A stretch of DNA of 64,000 nucleotides, from the NCBI GenBank assembly GCA_964016885.1, contig OZ024751.1, forward strand, positions 19,716,001 through 19,780,000, written 5' to 3'. The stretch comes from Eledone cirrhosa. Taxonomy: Eukaryota. The notes below the pieces were generated by a model. The model had not been told where the DNA came from. It ran no database searches and saw only the letters and a list, made by a program, of their open reading frames with translations. This document shows positions 1-12,014 of this stretch, piece after piece (position 1 is the stretch's first letter; every line of letters begins with the position of its first letter). Both the position numbers and the translations under genes were made by a program.

Positions 1-1020
1 ACAACAACTACACCACCAACAACAACAACCACACTACCACCACCAACGGCAACAACAACTACACAACCACCACCAACTACAGCAACACTATACCACCAAC
101 AACAACACTATACCACCACCAACTACGGCAACAGCAACAACAACACCACCATGTACAACTACACAACCACCAACAACTACAGCATCAACACCACCACCAT
201 GCCCAACACCACCGCCACCACCACCATCATGCCCACCACCACCACCACCACCATGCCCACCACCACCACCACCATCATGCCCAACACCACCACCACCATG
301 CCCAACACCACCGCCACCACCACCATCATGCCCAACACCACCACCACCATGCCCACCACCACCACCACCATCATGCCCAACACCACCACCACCATGCCCA
401 ACACCACCACCACCATGCCCAACACCACCACCACCACCATGCCCAACACCACCACCACCACCATGCCCACCACCACCACCACCATCATGCCCAATACCAC
501 CACCACCATGCCCACCACCACCACCACCATCATGCCCAACACCACCACCACCATGCCCACCACCGCCACCACCATCATGCCCAACACCACCACCACCATG
601 CCCACCACCACCACCACCATCATGCCCAACACCACCACCACCATGCCCAACACCACCACCACCATCATGCCCAACACCACCACCACCATGCCCAACACCA
701 CCACCACCATGCCCACCACCACCACCGCCATCATGCCCATCACCACCACCACCATCATGCCCAACACCACCACCACCATGCCCAACACCACCACCACCAT
801 GCCCACCACCACCACCACCATCATGCCCAACACCACCACCACCATGCCCAACACCACCACCACCATCATGCCCAACACCACCACCACCATGCCCACCACC
901 ACCACCACCATCATGCCCAACACCACCACCACCATGCCCAACACCACCACCACCATGCCCAACACCACCACCACCATGCCCAACACCACCACCACCACCA
1001 TGTACAACAACAACAACAAT
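1..1020. repeat. (CAC/CAA)n-rich minisatellite, unit ~ATGCCCAAC(ACC)n
   Basis: Direct tandem array; the Thr/Gly/Val-rich ORFs are its translations. Confidence 0.95.
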
Positions 1021-1131
1021 GGAAATGATAAGCCACCGACGATATCGCAATCAACACGAGCAAATGTGAATTTGGAATTAACTGATAAAATACTTCAAAA
1101 CGCCATGATATTTATTATTTACGTTAAAGCC

Positions 1132-1213
1132 GGTGAAGGCGCGTGGCTTAGTGGATAAATCGTTTGTCTTATGATCTTGAGGTCCCGTTGGCGTGTTGTG
1201 TCGTTGTGTCCGT
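1132..1213 (+). mobile_element. Degraded tRNA-derived SINE head
   Basis: ggtgaaggcgcgtggcttagtgg (A-box) matches the SINE heads at 2237(-) and 11166(-). Confidence 0.6.
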
Positions 1214-1234
1214 GTTCCAGTACACCCTGTATAT

Positions 1235-1439
1235 CAGGCATGTCAAACTGAGGGTTCTCCGAGGGCCACATGAGTCACATATGTGTTGTCTGAGGGCCAC
1301 ACACGACAACTAGTTGCGCACATTACAACTAATTTTACGAAGATAAAACATGCTCACGCTGTAAAAACCTTTGTGCGGGCCGCAGGTGTGCTTGTAAAGG
1401 ACTGCATGTGGCCCGCGAGTGGCATGTTTGACATGCCTG
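1235..1439. mobile_element. hAT/Charlie-like MITE (~205 bp)
   Basis: Perfect 14-bp TIR caggcatgtcaaac / gtttgacatgcctg, subterminal gggccaca/tgtggccc; 3' flank gtctaaag; 8-bp TSD not matched. Confidence 0.8.
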
Positions 1440-1543
1440 GTCTAAAGTCTGTCTCGAGCTCCCAGGTTCATCAGACCGGTACTTATCCTGGTTTTCGTGG
1501 CGTAAAGCTACTGAGAGTACAAGGTCTAAATCCAGCCCTGGAC

Positions 1544-1842
1544 CAGGACTGGATTTAGACCTTGGGGTGCTCGGGGCACTGCAGGTTTGGGGGGGGGGGG
1601 GGCGGCCCTCATACACAGAAAATTAGAATACACAGCAGCCCCCTCACTAATTGTAATTATCAAAGCTAGCTTGGCACAAGTAATTGGAATTGAAAAGTTA
1701 TACATACAGGCATTAAATTTTAAAATGCTAACCATCCTAAAACTAAAAAGCCCAGCTGAGGGCACAAATAAATTGCTATGACCATCGCTGGGAGCCCGGG
1801 GTAATTGCTTCTTTTGCCCGCCCCCCATTAAATCCGGCCCTG
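1544..1842. mobile_element. hAT-like MITE (CAGGGCCGGATTTA-type TIR)
   Basis: Termini caggactggattta / taaatccggccctg; 8-bp flanks ccctggac / ttctggac (6/8 TSD). Confidence 0.75.
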
Positions 1843-2003
1843 TTCTGGACAGGATGTCAGTCCATCACAGAATTAAACCTCCAGCTAGTGTTGGGACTTA
1901 TATTCAGTATATTGGAGCAACGTGAGATGAAATGTTTTGCTCAAGGACACAACACATAACCCAGTCTAGGAATCGAACCCACAGCATTATAATTGTAAGA
2001 CAA

Positions 2004-2191
2004 GGGGGGTGATAGATTGGCAGTATCGGTAGAGGGTTGGACGCTATGCTTTCTAGCATAGTTACGTCCCTTTACGGTCTGAGTTCAAATCCCGCCGAGG
2101 TTAACTTTGCCTTTCATCCTTACGGGGTCGATAAAATAAAGTACCAGTAATGCACTGGGTATTTGCTGGCCTTGTGCCAAAAGTAGAAACG
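2004..2191 (+). mobile_element. Major tRNA-derived SINE family (SINE-A), nested copy with 18-bp TSD
   Basis: B-box gagttcaaatccc, core gcctttcatccttacggggtcgataaaataaagtaccag; TSD attataattg(t/c)aagacaa at 1986-2003 and 2192-2209. Confidence 0.92.
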
Positions 2192-2427
2192 ATTATAATT
2201 GCAAGACAATCACCTTTACCACTAGGCCACGCGCCTCGACTACAAATGACGCATAGTATTTGTCTGACGCTCTAACGAATTTTCCAATCTGTGTAATTAA
2301 TTAATTAATTAATCAATCAATTTATTTATTCTACTATTGTTTCTAACATAGGCAGAATACGGATAATTTCAAGGGAGGGCAAAGTAGATTATACCGACCC
2401 CAGTATTTTAATGGTACATAATAGGGT

Positions 2428-2780
2428 AATAGGGTCGTGGATTGGTAGAATCGGTAGAGCGTCGGACAACATGCGTTGCAGCATAGAGTTACGACCCTTT
2501 ACGTTTTGAGTTCAAATCCCGCCGAGGTTAGCTTTGCCTTTCACCCTTACAGGGTTCGATAAAACAAAGTACCAGTAATGCACTGGGGGGTCGATTTAAG
2601 CGACTTTCCCCTTTCCCCGCAAAATCGTTGGCCTTGTGCCTAAATCAAAAACAAATTATTATATCGGCCCCAGAAGGACGATGGGCAACGTTGACCTTGG
2701 CGCAATTTGAACTCGTAACGTAAAGAGTCGGGCAAATACTGCGCTAAGCATTTGTCCGACACTCTAACGACTCTGCCAAT
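2428..2780. mobile_element. Two SINE-A copies in opposite orientation (2428-2652 +, 2660-2780 -)
   Basis: Homology to 2004-2191. Confidence 0.85.
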
Positions 2781-2969
2781 ACTTAACTCTTCTAAAAGCA
2801 ATAAAAGAAGACTAAAAAGAAATAGGAATATTACAATGGAAAGGTCAAGCGTCCATGGAGACTTCCTCCGCTCCAGCGTTTGGTTTTGTTTGTGTTTTTA
2901 TTACTGTTGTTAAGGTTTGCAGACGACAGAATATGTCTGGAGTGAGTCGGCGAGCAGACGGATAATTCG

Positions 2970-4143
2970 CTGTGTGTGTGTGTGTGTGTCTGTGTGTGTG
3001 TGTAAATGTGTGCATGTGTCTGGAGTGAGTCGGCGAGCAGACGGATAATTCGCTGTGTGAGACTGTGTATGTCTGTGTATCTCTCTATATATATGTGTGT
3101 GTGTGTGTGTGCATGTGTCTGTCTGTCTGTATGTGTGTGTGTGTCTATAGATGTGTGCATCTGTCTGCCTGTCTGTGTGTGCGTGTCTATAGATGTGTGT
3201 GTGTATGTGCGTGTCTGTAGATGTGTGCATGTGTCTGACTGTGTGTCTGTGGATGTCTGTGTGGATGTGTGTGCGTGTCTATAGATGTGTGTGTGTGTGT
3301 GGATGTCTGTGTGGATGTGTGTGTGCGTGTCTGTGGATGTGTGCATGTGTCTGTGTGTGTGTCTGTGGATGTGTCTGCGTGTCTATAGATGTGTGCATGT
3401 GTCTGTCTGACTGTGTGTGGATGTGTGTGTGCGTGTCTGTGGATGTGTGCATGTGTTTGTCTGTGTGTGTGGATGTGTGTGTGCGTGTCTATAGATGTGT
3501 GCATGTGTCTGTCTGTGTGTGTGTGGATGTCTGTGTGCGTGTCTGTGAATGTGTGTGTGTATGTATGTGTATGTGCGTGTCTATAGATGTGTGCATGCGT
3601 CTGTCTGTCTCTGTGTGCGTGTCTGTGGATGTGTGCATGCCTGTCTGTCTGTGTGTGTGTGTGGATGTCTCTGTGTAGATGTGTGTGTACGTGTCTATAG
3701 ATGTGTGCATGTGTCTGTGTGTGTGTAGGAATGTGTGATTGTGGATGCTTGTTTGTGTGTATGTGTGTGTGTATATATACGAATGGATAACTATGTGAGT
3801 AGGACTGTGTGCATTAGTGAACGTGTGTGTATGAGTATGTTAGTGGACATCAGTATGTGTGCGTGTGTGTGTGTGTGTGAATGTATTAGTGGACATCAGT
3901 GTGTGAATGTGTTAGTGGACATCAGTGTGTGTGTGTGTGTGTGAATGTATTAGTGGACATCAGTGTGTGTGAATGTGTTAGTGGACATCAGTGTGTGTGT
4001 GTGTGTGTGTGTGAATGTGTTAGTGGACATCAGTGTGTGTGTGTGTATGTGTGTGAATGTATTAGTGGACATCAGTGTGTGTGAATGTGTTAGTGGACAT
4101 CAGTGTGTGTGTGTGTGAATGTGTTAGTGGACATCTGTGTGAA

Positions 4144-4175
<32 letters not shown>

Positions 4176-4410
4176 TGTTAGTGGACATCAGTGTGTGTGT
4201 GTGTGTGTGTGTGTGAATGTGTTAGTGGACATCAGTGTGTGTGTGTGAATGTATTAGTGGACATCAGTGTGTGTGAATGTGTTAGTGGACATCAGTGTGT
4301 GTGTGTGTGTGTGTGTGAATGTGTTAGTGGACATCAGTGTGAATGTGTGTGTGTGTGTGTGAATGTGTTAGTGGACATCAGTGTGTGTGTGTGAATGTAT
4401 TAGTGGACAT

Positions 4411-4468
<58 letters not shown>
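2970..4468. repeat. Compound (GT)n array; from ~3835 units of gaatgtgttagtggacatca+(GT)n
   Basis: Direct repeats. Confidence 0.95.
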
Positions 4469-4471
<3 letters not shown>

Positions 4472-4796
4472 AATGTGAAGTAAGGAAACGGATGACAAAA
4501 CCCCACCATGAAGGTAAAAAGGTCATATATTAGCTGGAAATCCCCTGTCCGAACATATTTTACTATTTTTTCTTCAATTGTTATATCCTTTCTATTTATT
4601 ATCCTATCTATTTCTATATTGATTTATTTGTAATGTAAATGTTGGCAAAGAATAGGCTTAATAACAAAAGTCCTGTTGTGTTTCGGGATTCCATCCTTTC
4701 CACCAAAATGTCGTCCGAATGATTACAGTTCAACTATTGTGGACAAAAGAGGAAGTAAGAAGAGAAGAGAAAAATAGAGACGTAGACAGAGAGGGA

Positions 4797-5620
4797 GGGT
4801 GGTGGTGGGGATAGTGGTGGTGGTAGTGGTGGTAGAGGTGGTGGTGATGGAGGTGGTGGTGGTAGTGATTGTGGTAGTGGTGATGGAGGTGGTGGTAGTG
4901 ATTGTGATGGAGGTGGTCATGATGATTGTGGTGGTGGTGGTGGTAGTGGTAGTGGTGATGGAGGTGGTGGTAGTGATTGTGGTGGTAGTGGTGATGGAGG
5001 TGGTGGTAGTGATTGTGATGGAGGTGGTGATGATGATTGTGGTGGTGGTGGTGGTAGTGGTAGTGGTGATGGAGGTGGTGGTAGTGATTGTGGTGGTGGT
5101 GGTGGTGGTAGTGGTGGTGGAGGTGGTGATGATGATTGTGGTGGTGGTGGTGGTAGTGGTAGTGGTGATGGAGGTAGTGGTGGTAGTGATTGTGGTGGTA
5201 GTAATAGTGTGGGCGGGGATGATGGGGATAGTGGAGGTGGTAGTTGTGATGATGGCGATGGTGATGGTGGGGACAGTGGTGGTGGTGGTGGTGGTGGTGG
5301 TAGTGGTGGTGAAACTGGTGGTGATGTTGGTGGTGGTAGTATTGGTGGTGGTGCTAATGGTGATAGTGCTAATGGTGATAGTGATGGTGATGGTCGTGGA
5401 GATAGTGGTGATTGTAATGGTGGTGGGATGGGGGTAATTGTAATAGTGGTGGTGGGGTGGGGATAGTGGTTGTGGTAAAGGTGGTGGTGGTGGTAGGGTG
5501 GGGTGGTGGTGGGATGGGGGTAATTGTAATAGTGGTGGTGGGGTGGGGATAGTGGTTGTGGTAAAGGTGGTGGTGGTGGTAGTGGTGGTGGTGGTGGTAG
5601 TGGTGGTGGTGGTGGGGTGA
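4797..5620. repeat. (GGT/GAT)n low-complexity array
   Basis: Direct repeats. Confidence 0.95.
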
Positions 5621-5789
5621 ATAGATGCCGATAAATCCACCGCCAACTAATGACCACTGTCTGGTAGTCAGCCGCCGCATCGCCGAACGGAAAAGCTCTT
5701 CTTATTTATTCATGCAATTGTCCGCCTGATGACTGAGACCAATAAAGGAGTACACACCCATCTCTCTCTTACTTCTCCCCACACACGGA

Positions 5790-6493
<704 letters not shown>

Positions 6494-6746
6494 TGGTGGC
6501 TGCCAACTCGTTTTCGAGTACGGCCACTACTTTATATCCATGTAGGAGAACCCCTACCGATGCGCTGAACGAGTGTGACTTTTTAGTCCAGCCAGCGACT
6601 TGAACACTCTGGTACAAACACTACACTTGTGACAATTATTGACACATAGTGCTGGGCCCATGGTACCATGTGACGACAAGTGCAGAGAGATCTCCAGATA
6701 TAAAGCAATGCCTGTGCTGTGAAGCTTTTATAGTGAGCAAAGGCAC
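6494..6746 (-). mobile_element. 3' end of an RTE-like LINE encoding a C-terminal C2H2 zinc finger
   Basis: 6554-6625(-) encodes [23 protein letters not shown]; short 3' UTR and (TGTA)n tail; near-identical copies at 43435 and 43825. Confidence 0.75.
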
Positions 6747-6759
6747 ATACATACATACA

Positions 6760-7440
6760 TACTGCACAAAAGAGGAGGGCCAGCAGCTGACAATAAATGT
6801 AAGCCACATTGTTGCCAGCTGCGAAAGAATGTCATCTCGCTACTACCTCCCATGAGACACGATGGGATAGCTAGAACCATCTGGAACGCACTTCGGAAAA
6901 CAAAATTAACAACAAACGAGGAAAAATATATTGAGACGGATGGCACTAAGGAATACTGGTGGAACCTGAAAATAAAAACTACCACCAAATTAAAGCACAA
7001 CCGGCCTGATATTGTTGTTTGGTACCACACATTGAAAACGTGTTCTGTTGTGGAGATCAGCTGCCCACTTGTGGTAAACGTTGTCAGAAAAATACAGAAG
7101 GAGGACATCTACGGACCATTGATTAGGAGTTTACAAATCCAGTATCCAAGATACACCTTTAGCTTCATACCCATCATTATTGGAGCTACGGGTTATATAC
7201 CAACCCGCTTGGACCAAAGTATGACTGAACTTGGATTTGCGGACAAAAAGCGCAGCTCCCTAATTCATAGTCTACAAATGGCTGCGATAGCTGGCACCTT
7301 CAAAATTTGCAAAACATTCTTGCGATTCAAGGGATGACAATTTCTTTTCTTTTACAACCTTGCCACCAGGAAGGTGGCCGGTCAAAAAAAATATTCTCGA
7401 AATTAAGAGAAAGAGATAACATACATACATACATACATAC
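6760..7440 (+). mobile_element. 5'-truncated R4/Dong-like non-LTR retrotransposon (RLE endonuclease end)
   Basis: HIVASC (end of CCHC knuckle), frameshift, RHD, HNRPDIVVW..C.VVEISCP, K...Y, PIIIGATG motifs; (TACA)n on both sides. Confidence 0.88.
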
Positions 7441-7489
7441 GGATCATTTTGAGTGCCCATTTTACTGTAAATTTCTACATGGATGTGGT

Positions 7490-8015
7490 TATATGTATAT
7501 ATATATATATAGATAGATATGTTTGTGTGTGTGTATATATGTAGTGTCTGTGTGTGTAGTGTGTGTGTATATATGTATGTAGTTTGTGTGTGTATGTAAT
7601 GTGTGTAGTGTGTGTGTGTATATATATGTATGTAATGTGTTTGTGTGTGTGTAGTGTGTGTGTGTATGTAGCGTGTGTGTGTATATGTATGTAGTATGTG
7701 TGTGTATACATATGTATATGCATATATATATATACACATATATATAGTTTTAGTCTTTTATTGGTTTCAATTAATGAAATGTGGCCATGCTAGAGCATCG
7801 CCTTCAAGCATTCAATCGATCGGTCATATCGTCCCAGGCATTTATTTCATTTTGGTAATATCGATCTCTATTTGTCGAAACGCTACGTTGTTAGATATAA
7901 AGGATCAACAGAATCAACAAGCTTGGACACACACACACACACACACGCACACATTCACTCACAAAAAACACACACATTCACTCACACGCACACACAGAAA
8001 ACACACACACACATA

Positions 8016-8075
<60 letters not shown>

Positions 8076-8085
8076 TTCACACACA

Positions 8086-8134
<49 letters not shown>

Positions 8135-9010
8135 TCACACACATTCACACACACATTCACACACACATTCACACACACGTACACACACGTACACACTCAG
8201 ACACACAAAACACAAATACACACGTACACACACACGCACACACACACACCCACGTACACACACACACACACCCACGTACACACACTCACACACGTACACA
8301 TACACACACTCACATACACACACTAACATACACACATACACACACTCACATACACACACTCACATACATACACTCACATACACACTCACATACACACACT
8401 CACACTCACACACACACACACACACATGTACATAATGTCTGTGGGTGTCTATCTACCTGTCTTTTTCTGCTCTCTCTCTTTCTCCAGCTGCTCGCATGTC
8501 CCCCGCCCCTTTTCTCGTTCACTCCCTACTCTCTCTTTCTTCACCGGCTCTCCTCTATCCCCCCCCTCTCCTCTCTCTTCCCCCCTCTCCTCTCTCTTCC
8601 CCCCTCTCCTCTCTCTTCCCCCCTCTCTCTCTCTATGGGACCCGCAAGACTAACACCTGCTTTAGCAAAGGAAAATGCTTTAAAACTCTTGTCGTGTGTG
8701 TGTGTGTGAGAATGTCTGTGTGTGTGTGTATGTATGTAAATCAGGTAGTCAATCTAATTATCACTATTTCTGTATCGATGAATCTATCTATTTTGCTATC
8801 AACCGTCTTTCTCTCACGCACACAGAGAGAGAGAAACTCTTATATATGCATATATATGTAATATTTATATATATATATATATATATATATAATGTATATA
8901 TATGTATATATATGTAATATTTATATATATATATATATATATATAATGTATATATATGTATATATATGTAATATTTATATATATATATATAATGTGTATA
9001 TATATATATA
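7490..9010. repeat. (GT)n/(CA)n/(CT)n/(TA)n microsatellite mosaic with a SINE-tail fragment at ~7750-7860
   Basis: Direct repeats. Confidence 0.85.
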
Positions 9011-9117
9011 TAATTTGAAAATCAGGTAGTAACATGTAACCTATTTGACTAAATAGAATTAGTCTGTTAGTTGGAATTTAAAAAAACCCTCAGCATGGAA
9101 AAAAAAAAGATTAGTAT

Positions 9118-9188
9118 TGACGTACATGGGACACGAACCCACATCTTTGGTTTGCTGGACCAATGCGTTACCATTACACTAACACACC
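9118..9188 (-). pseudogene. tRNA-like cloverleaf (AGC anticodon, Ala-like), probably pseudo-tRNA
   Basis: GGTGTGT-TA-GTGT/ACGC D-arm, TTGGT-CCAGCAA-ACCAA anticodon arm, GTGGG-TTCGTGT-CCCAT T-arm, GTACGTC-A; T-run downstream; C33 instead of U33 and 4 G-U acceptor pairs. Confidence 0.7.
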
Positions 9189-9403
9189 ACCCATGCCTGC
9201 TTCCATTCAATTAGAAGCTATATATATATATATATCGTCGGGGTCCTGACTCTTTTCCTATTACCCACTCTACTACTCTAAGTATCGAGTACTCTGGTGC
9301 ATTAGGGTTCACCTGATTCCTTACCACACTTCCTTCGTTATATATCAGTTTTAGAATTCCCTTTTCGGATTATAATACTGTGGTAGCCCTGGTTATCTGT
9401 TGA

Positions 9404-9484
9404 GCTCTGCTGACGATTGAAATCCAACCGTGACCATCTCCACTGAAAGTTTTCATGAAATAGTCTTTTAAGACTATACAGAGC
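9404..9484 (+). ncRNA. Type I hammerhead ribozyme candidate
   Basis: gctctg-CTGACGA-[t tgaaa..tttca t]-GAAA-tagtctt tt aagacta-TA-cagagc: perfect 6-bp stem I and long palindromic stem III. Confidence 0.82.
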
Positions 9485-9748
9485 ATTTGATGTTATTCCA
9501 AATTGAAGGATAAGTGTTTCAAACTTTATTTTATCATGAGTTAAAGGTCTATTGATTTTTCCCTGGATTTCACTAAATTCTGTGGATGAATTTATATCCT
9601 GATTCTCTTTTGAGATGAGTTTGAATTATTTTTCCTAAATCTTACGTTAACTACTTTTCCCATCTTGACGTTATAGTCGCATATATGTTATAGAATACTA
9701 TTAGCTTCTCGCTAAAACAATCTCTATACCTTTCATTTGTATATATTA

Positions 9749-9855
9749 ATGAAAACAGGGAGAAAGAGACGATTATTAGGAAGAAAAATATTTTTTTCCC
9801 TTTTTATTTCTTTCTCTCTTTTTTTCTGGGTTAGAAAATGATTAAAACGAAATAT
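9749..9855. repeat. Short AT-rich interspersed repeat; inverted copy at 35356-35459
   Basis: atgaaaacagggagaaagagacgattattagg...gggttagaaaatgattaaaacgaaatat matches the reverse complement at 35356. Confidence 0.8.
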
Positions 9856-9939
9856 TTTACTTTGTGTGTAAGGTATTAGTTGATTTATTTATTAATTAAC
9901 AATGGCATTTAGTTATCTATTTATATATTTAATAATTGT

Positions 9940-9981
9940 CTATTACCGGTTTCAGCATTTTTATGCATTATCAAATGATAG
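9940..9981 (-). ncRNA. Minimal hammerhead candidate, U3-A8 core variant
   Basis: Minus: at-TTGATAA-t gcat aaaa atgc t-GAAA-ccgg-TA-atag; stem I weak. Confidence 0.55.
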
Positions 9982-10179
9982 TGATATGTATTGGTGTAAA
10001 ATGGTGGTGTTGCACATGTTAAAGAAATGGTGCAGAAAGAATAATGTTATTTACAAACAAGGTTTATGAAGTGAAAAGAAAAAAGGAACGTAATGTGGAG
10101 CATAAAAAGTCAATGTGAAAGAAAAAATGTTATTTACAGGCATAGTTCTTGAGTGATTCTTTGCTTAAACTTTAATCTG

Positions 10180-10228
<49 letters not shown>

Positions 10229-10233
<5 letters not shown>

Positions 10234-10437
10234 AACGAGTAGGACCCCGACGGCTGAGCTCAAGCCGTTTCGACGGCTAATTCTGGACCCGAATTTGAGT
10301 CCAGAATTAGCCGTCGAAACGGCTTGAGCTCAGCCGTCGGGGTCCTACACGTTCCTATTACCCACTCTACTACCCTAAGTATTGAGTACTTTGGTGCGTC
10401 ATGGTCCATCTGGTTCCTTACCACATTTCCTTCGTTA
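10229..10437 (+). mobile_element. Foldback family A (~210 bp, (TA)n-embedded, half-hammerhead palindrome), reference copy
   Basis: 60-bp arms 10229-10288/10299-10358 with 1 mismatch, plus an 80-bp unique tail; other copies at 9236, 11414, 18233, 18343, 21085, 22186, 35499, 35951, 42513, 46235, 62632. Confidence 0.92.
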
Positions 10438-10477
10438 TATATATATATATATATATATATTTATTTAATTTATTTAT

Positions 10478-10688
10478 TATAATAACAGATTAAAGTTTAA
10501 GCAAAGAATCGCTGCTTTCATCCTTAACGGGATCTTCTGAAACTAAAAAAGAAGATCCCGTTAAGGGTGAAAGCAGCAATTTTTTGCTTAAACTTTAATA
10601 CTTTACGGTTTTTATATATTCATATATATATAATCCTTATCGAGCCCTCTTCGGATTTTAGTCTTCACATTTTTTATTATTACTATAT
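10478..10688. mobile_element. Foldback family B, with a hammerhead-like fold at 10494-10544(-)
   Basis: Inverted arms around 10545; homologous to 14866-15040 and 60940-61149. Confidence 0.85.
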
Positions 10689-10743
10689 TCCCATGTCGAT
10701 TCAATTTGGATTGCCTCGGAAACATAACCTTATTATGTAACAA

Positions 10744-10818
10744 GCTGTTTGATGATATCACGGCACTGGGCGCACCGAAACGTGTGGCCACTGTTGTCAT
10801 TGAAATATGTATCACAGC
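10744..10818 (+). ncRNA. Type I hammerhead candidate (C3U)
   Basis: gctgt-TTGATGA-[long stem II]-GAAA-tatgta-TC-acagc; perfect 5-bp stem I. Confidence 0.68.
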
Positions 10819-10949
10819 ATTATTATTAAAGGACTTTAACATCAGAAACTACTTCGCTTTCTTATTCGATATATACTCCGTCACTCCTATGTAGAAAAAG
10901 TACGTTGAGTGCTTGAATTGAATTGCATCAATATTCACCTTAAGAAGGA

Positions 10950-11166
10950 ACGATCGACTTTCGTCAAATCGGACCGAGGGAACAATGTTTCCGTTGGTCT
11001 TTCCAATTGCTAATACTATCTATCGGTCGCAACTCCAGGTAGAAGGAGCAACGTGAAATAAAGTGTCTTGCTCAAGGACATAACGCATCACCTGGTCCAG
11101 GAATCGAACTCACAACCTTACGATTGCGAATCCAATTCTCTAACCACTCAGCCACACGCCTTCACC
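10950..11166 (-). mobile_element. tRNA-derived SINE-B; second copy at 29345-29545(+)
   Basis: A-box tggctgagtgg, B-box gttcgattcc; shared body gcgttatgtccttgagc..acactttatttcac..ggaaagaccaa..ggtccgattt. Confidence 0.85.
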
Positions 11167-11246
11167 TTAAGTATATATATATATATATATAATATATATA
11201 TCTCTATATATATATATAATATATATATCTATATATATATATATAA

Positions 11247-11328
<82 letters not shown>

Positions 11329-11376
11329 GATTCTACAGGACTAGAACTGTTTCATTCTTTAGAAATCATCAGGAAT

Positions 11377-11377
<1 letters not shown>
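11329..11377 (-). ncRNA. Canonical type I hammerhead as a ~50-bp solo insert in (TA)n
   Basis: Minus: gattc-CTGATGA-t ttc taaa gaa t-GAAA-cag ttctagtc ctg-TA-gaatc. Confidence 0.85.
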
Positions 11378-11418
<41 letters not shown>

Positions 11419-11601
11419 GAAAATGTATGACCCCGACGACAGAGCTCAAGCTGTTTCGACCGCTATTTCTGAAATAGCCGTCGAAACGGCTTGAGATCTG
11501 CCGTCGGGGTCATACATTTTCCTATTACCCACTCTACTACCCTAAGTATTGAGTACTCTGGTGCGTTATGGTCCATCTGGTTCCTTACCACAACTCCTTC
11601 G

Positions 11602-11633
<32 letters not shown>

Positions 11634-11639
<6 letters not shown>

Positions 11640-11781
11640 TCTGAAGACGGCTTATATATGTGTTAGTATGTATATTTAATTTTGATAGTTTGTATAATTT
11701 TGTATAATTTTGTACATAGATCTGTTGAATATGCATGCCAATTCTAACACATATATATCCTAGAAACGATCGTTAAATAAT
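11634..11781 (+). ncRNA. Type I hammerhead with ~115-nt extended stem II
   Basis: attattt-CTGAAGA-[tatatatgtgttag...ctaacacatatata]-GAAA-cgatcg-TT-aaataat; perfect 7-bp stem I, palindromic stem III. Confidence 0.8.
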
Positions 11782-11978
11782 GAACTTTTTTTGTTTAATA
11801 TAAGGAACTGTTTCATTGTTTTATTCATTATTTTTTTAATATTTTATCTTGACTCTGTATTCCGTTTATCTTTCACCGAAAGTGATTTTTCATTGCATCT
11901 CTTCTTTCCATGATATCCGGATTACATTGAGTTCTTCATACGGATTGGACACTACCGTAAACTCTTGGTAGATTTATC

Positions 11979-12010
<32 letters not shown>

Positions 12011-12014
<4 letters not shown>

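Larger units (their letters stand above)
1440..2237 (-). mobile_element. tRNA-derived SINE interrupted by two nested insertions
   Basis: Minus strand: A-box tggcctagtgg, B-box ggttcgattcc, tgtgtccttgagcaa central domain; contiguous once 1544-1842 and 2004-2191 are removed. Confidence 0.75.

Noticed and set aside
88-1158. Mucin-like or Gly-rich ORFs
   Set aside because: Trinucleotide-repeat translations open on both strands; no splice or domain support
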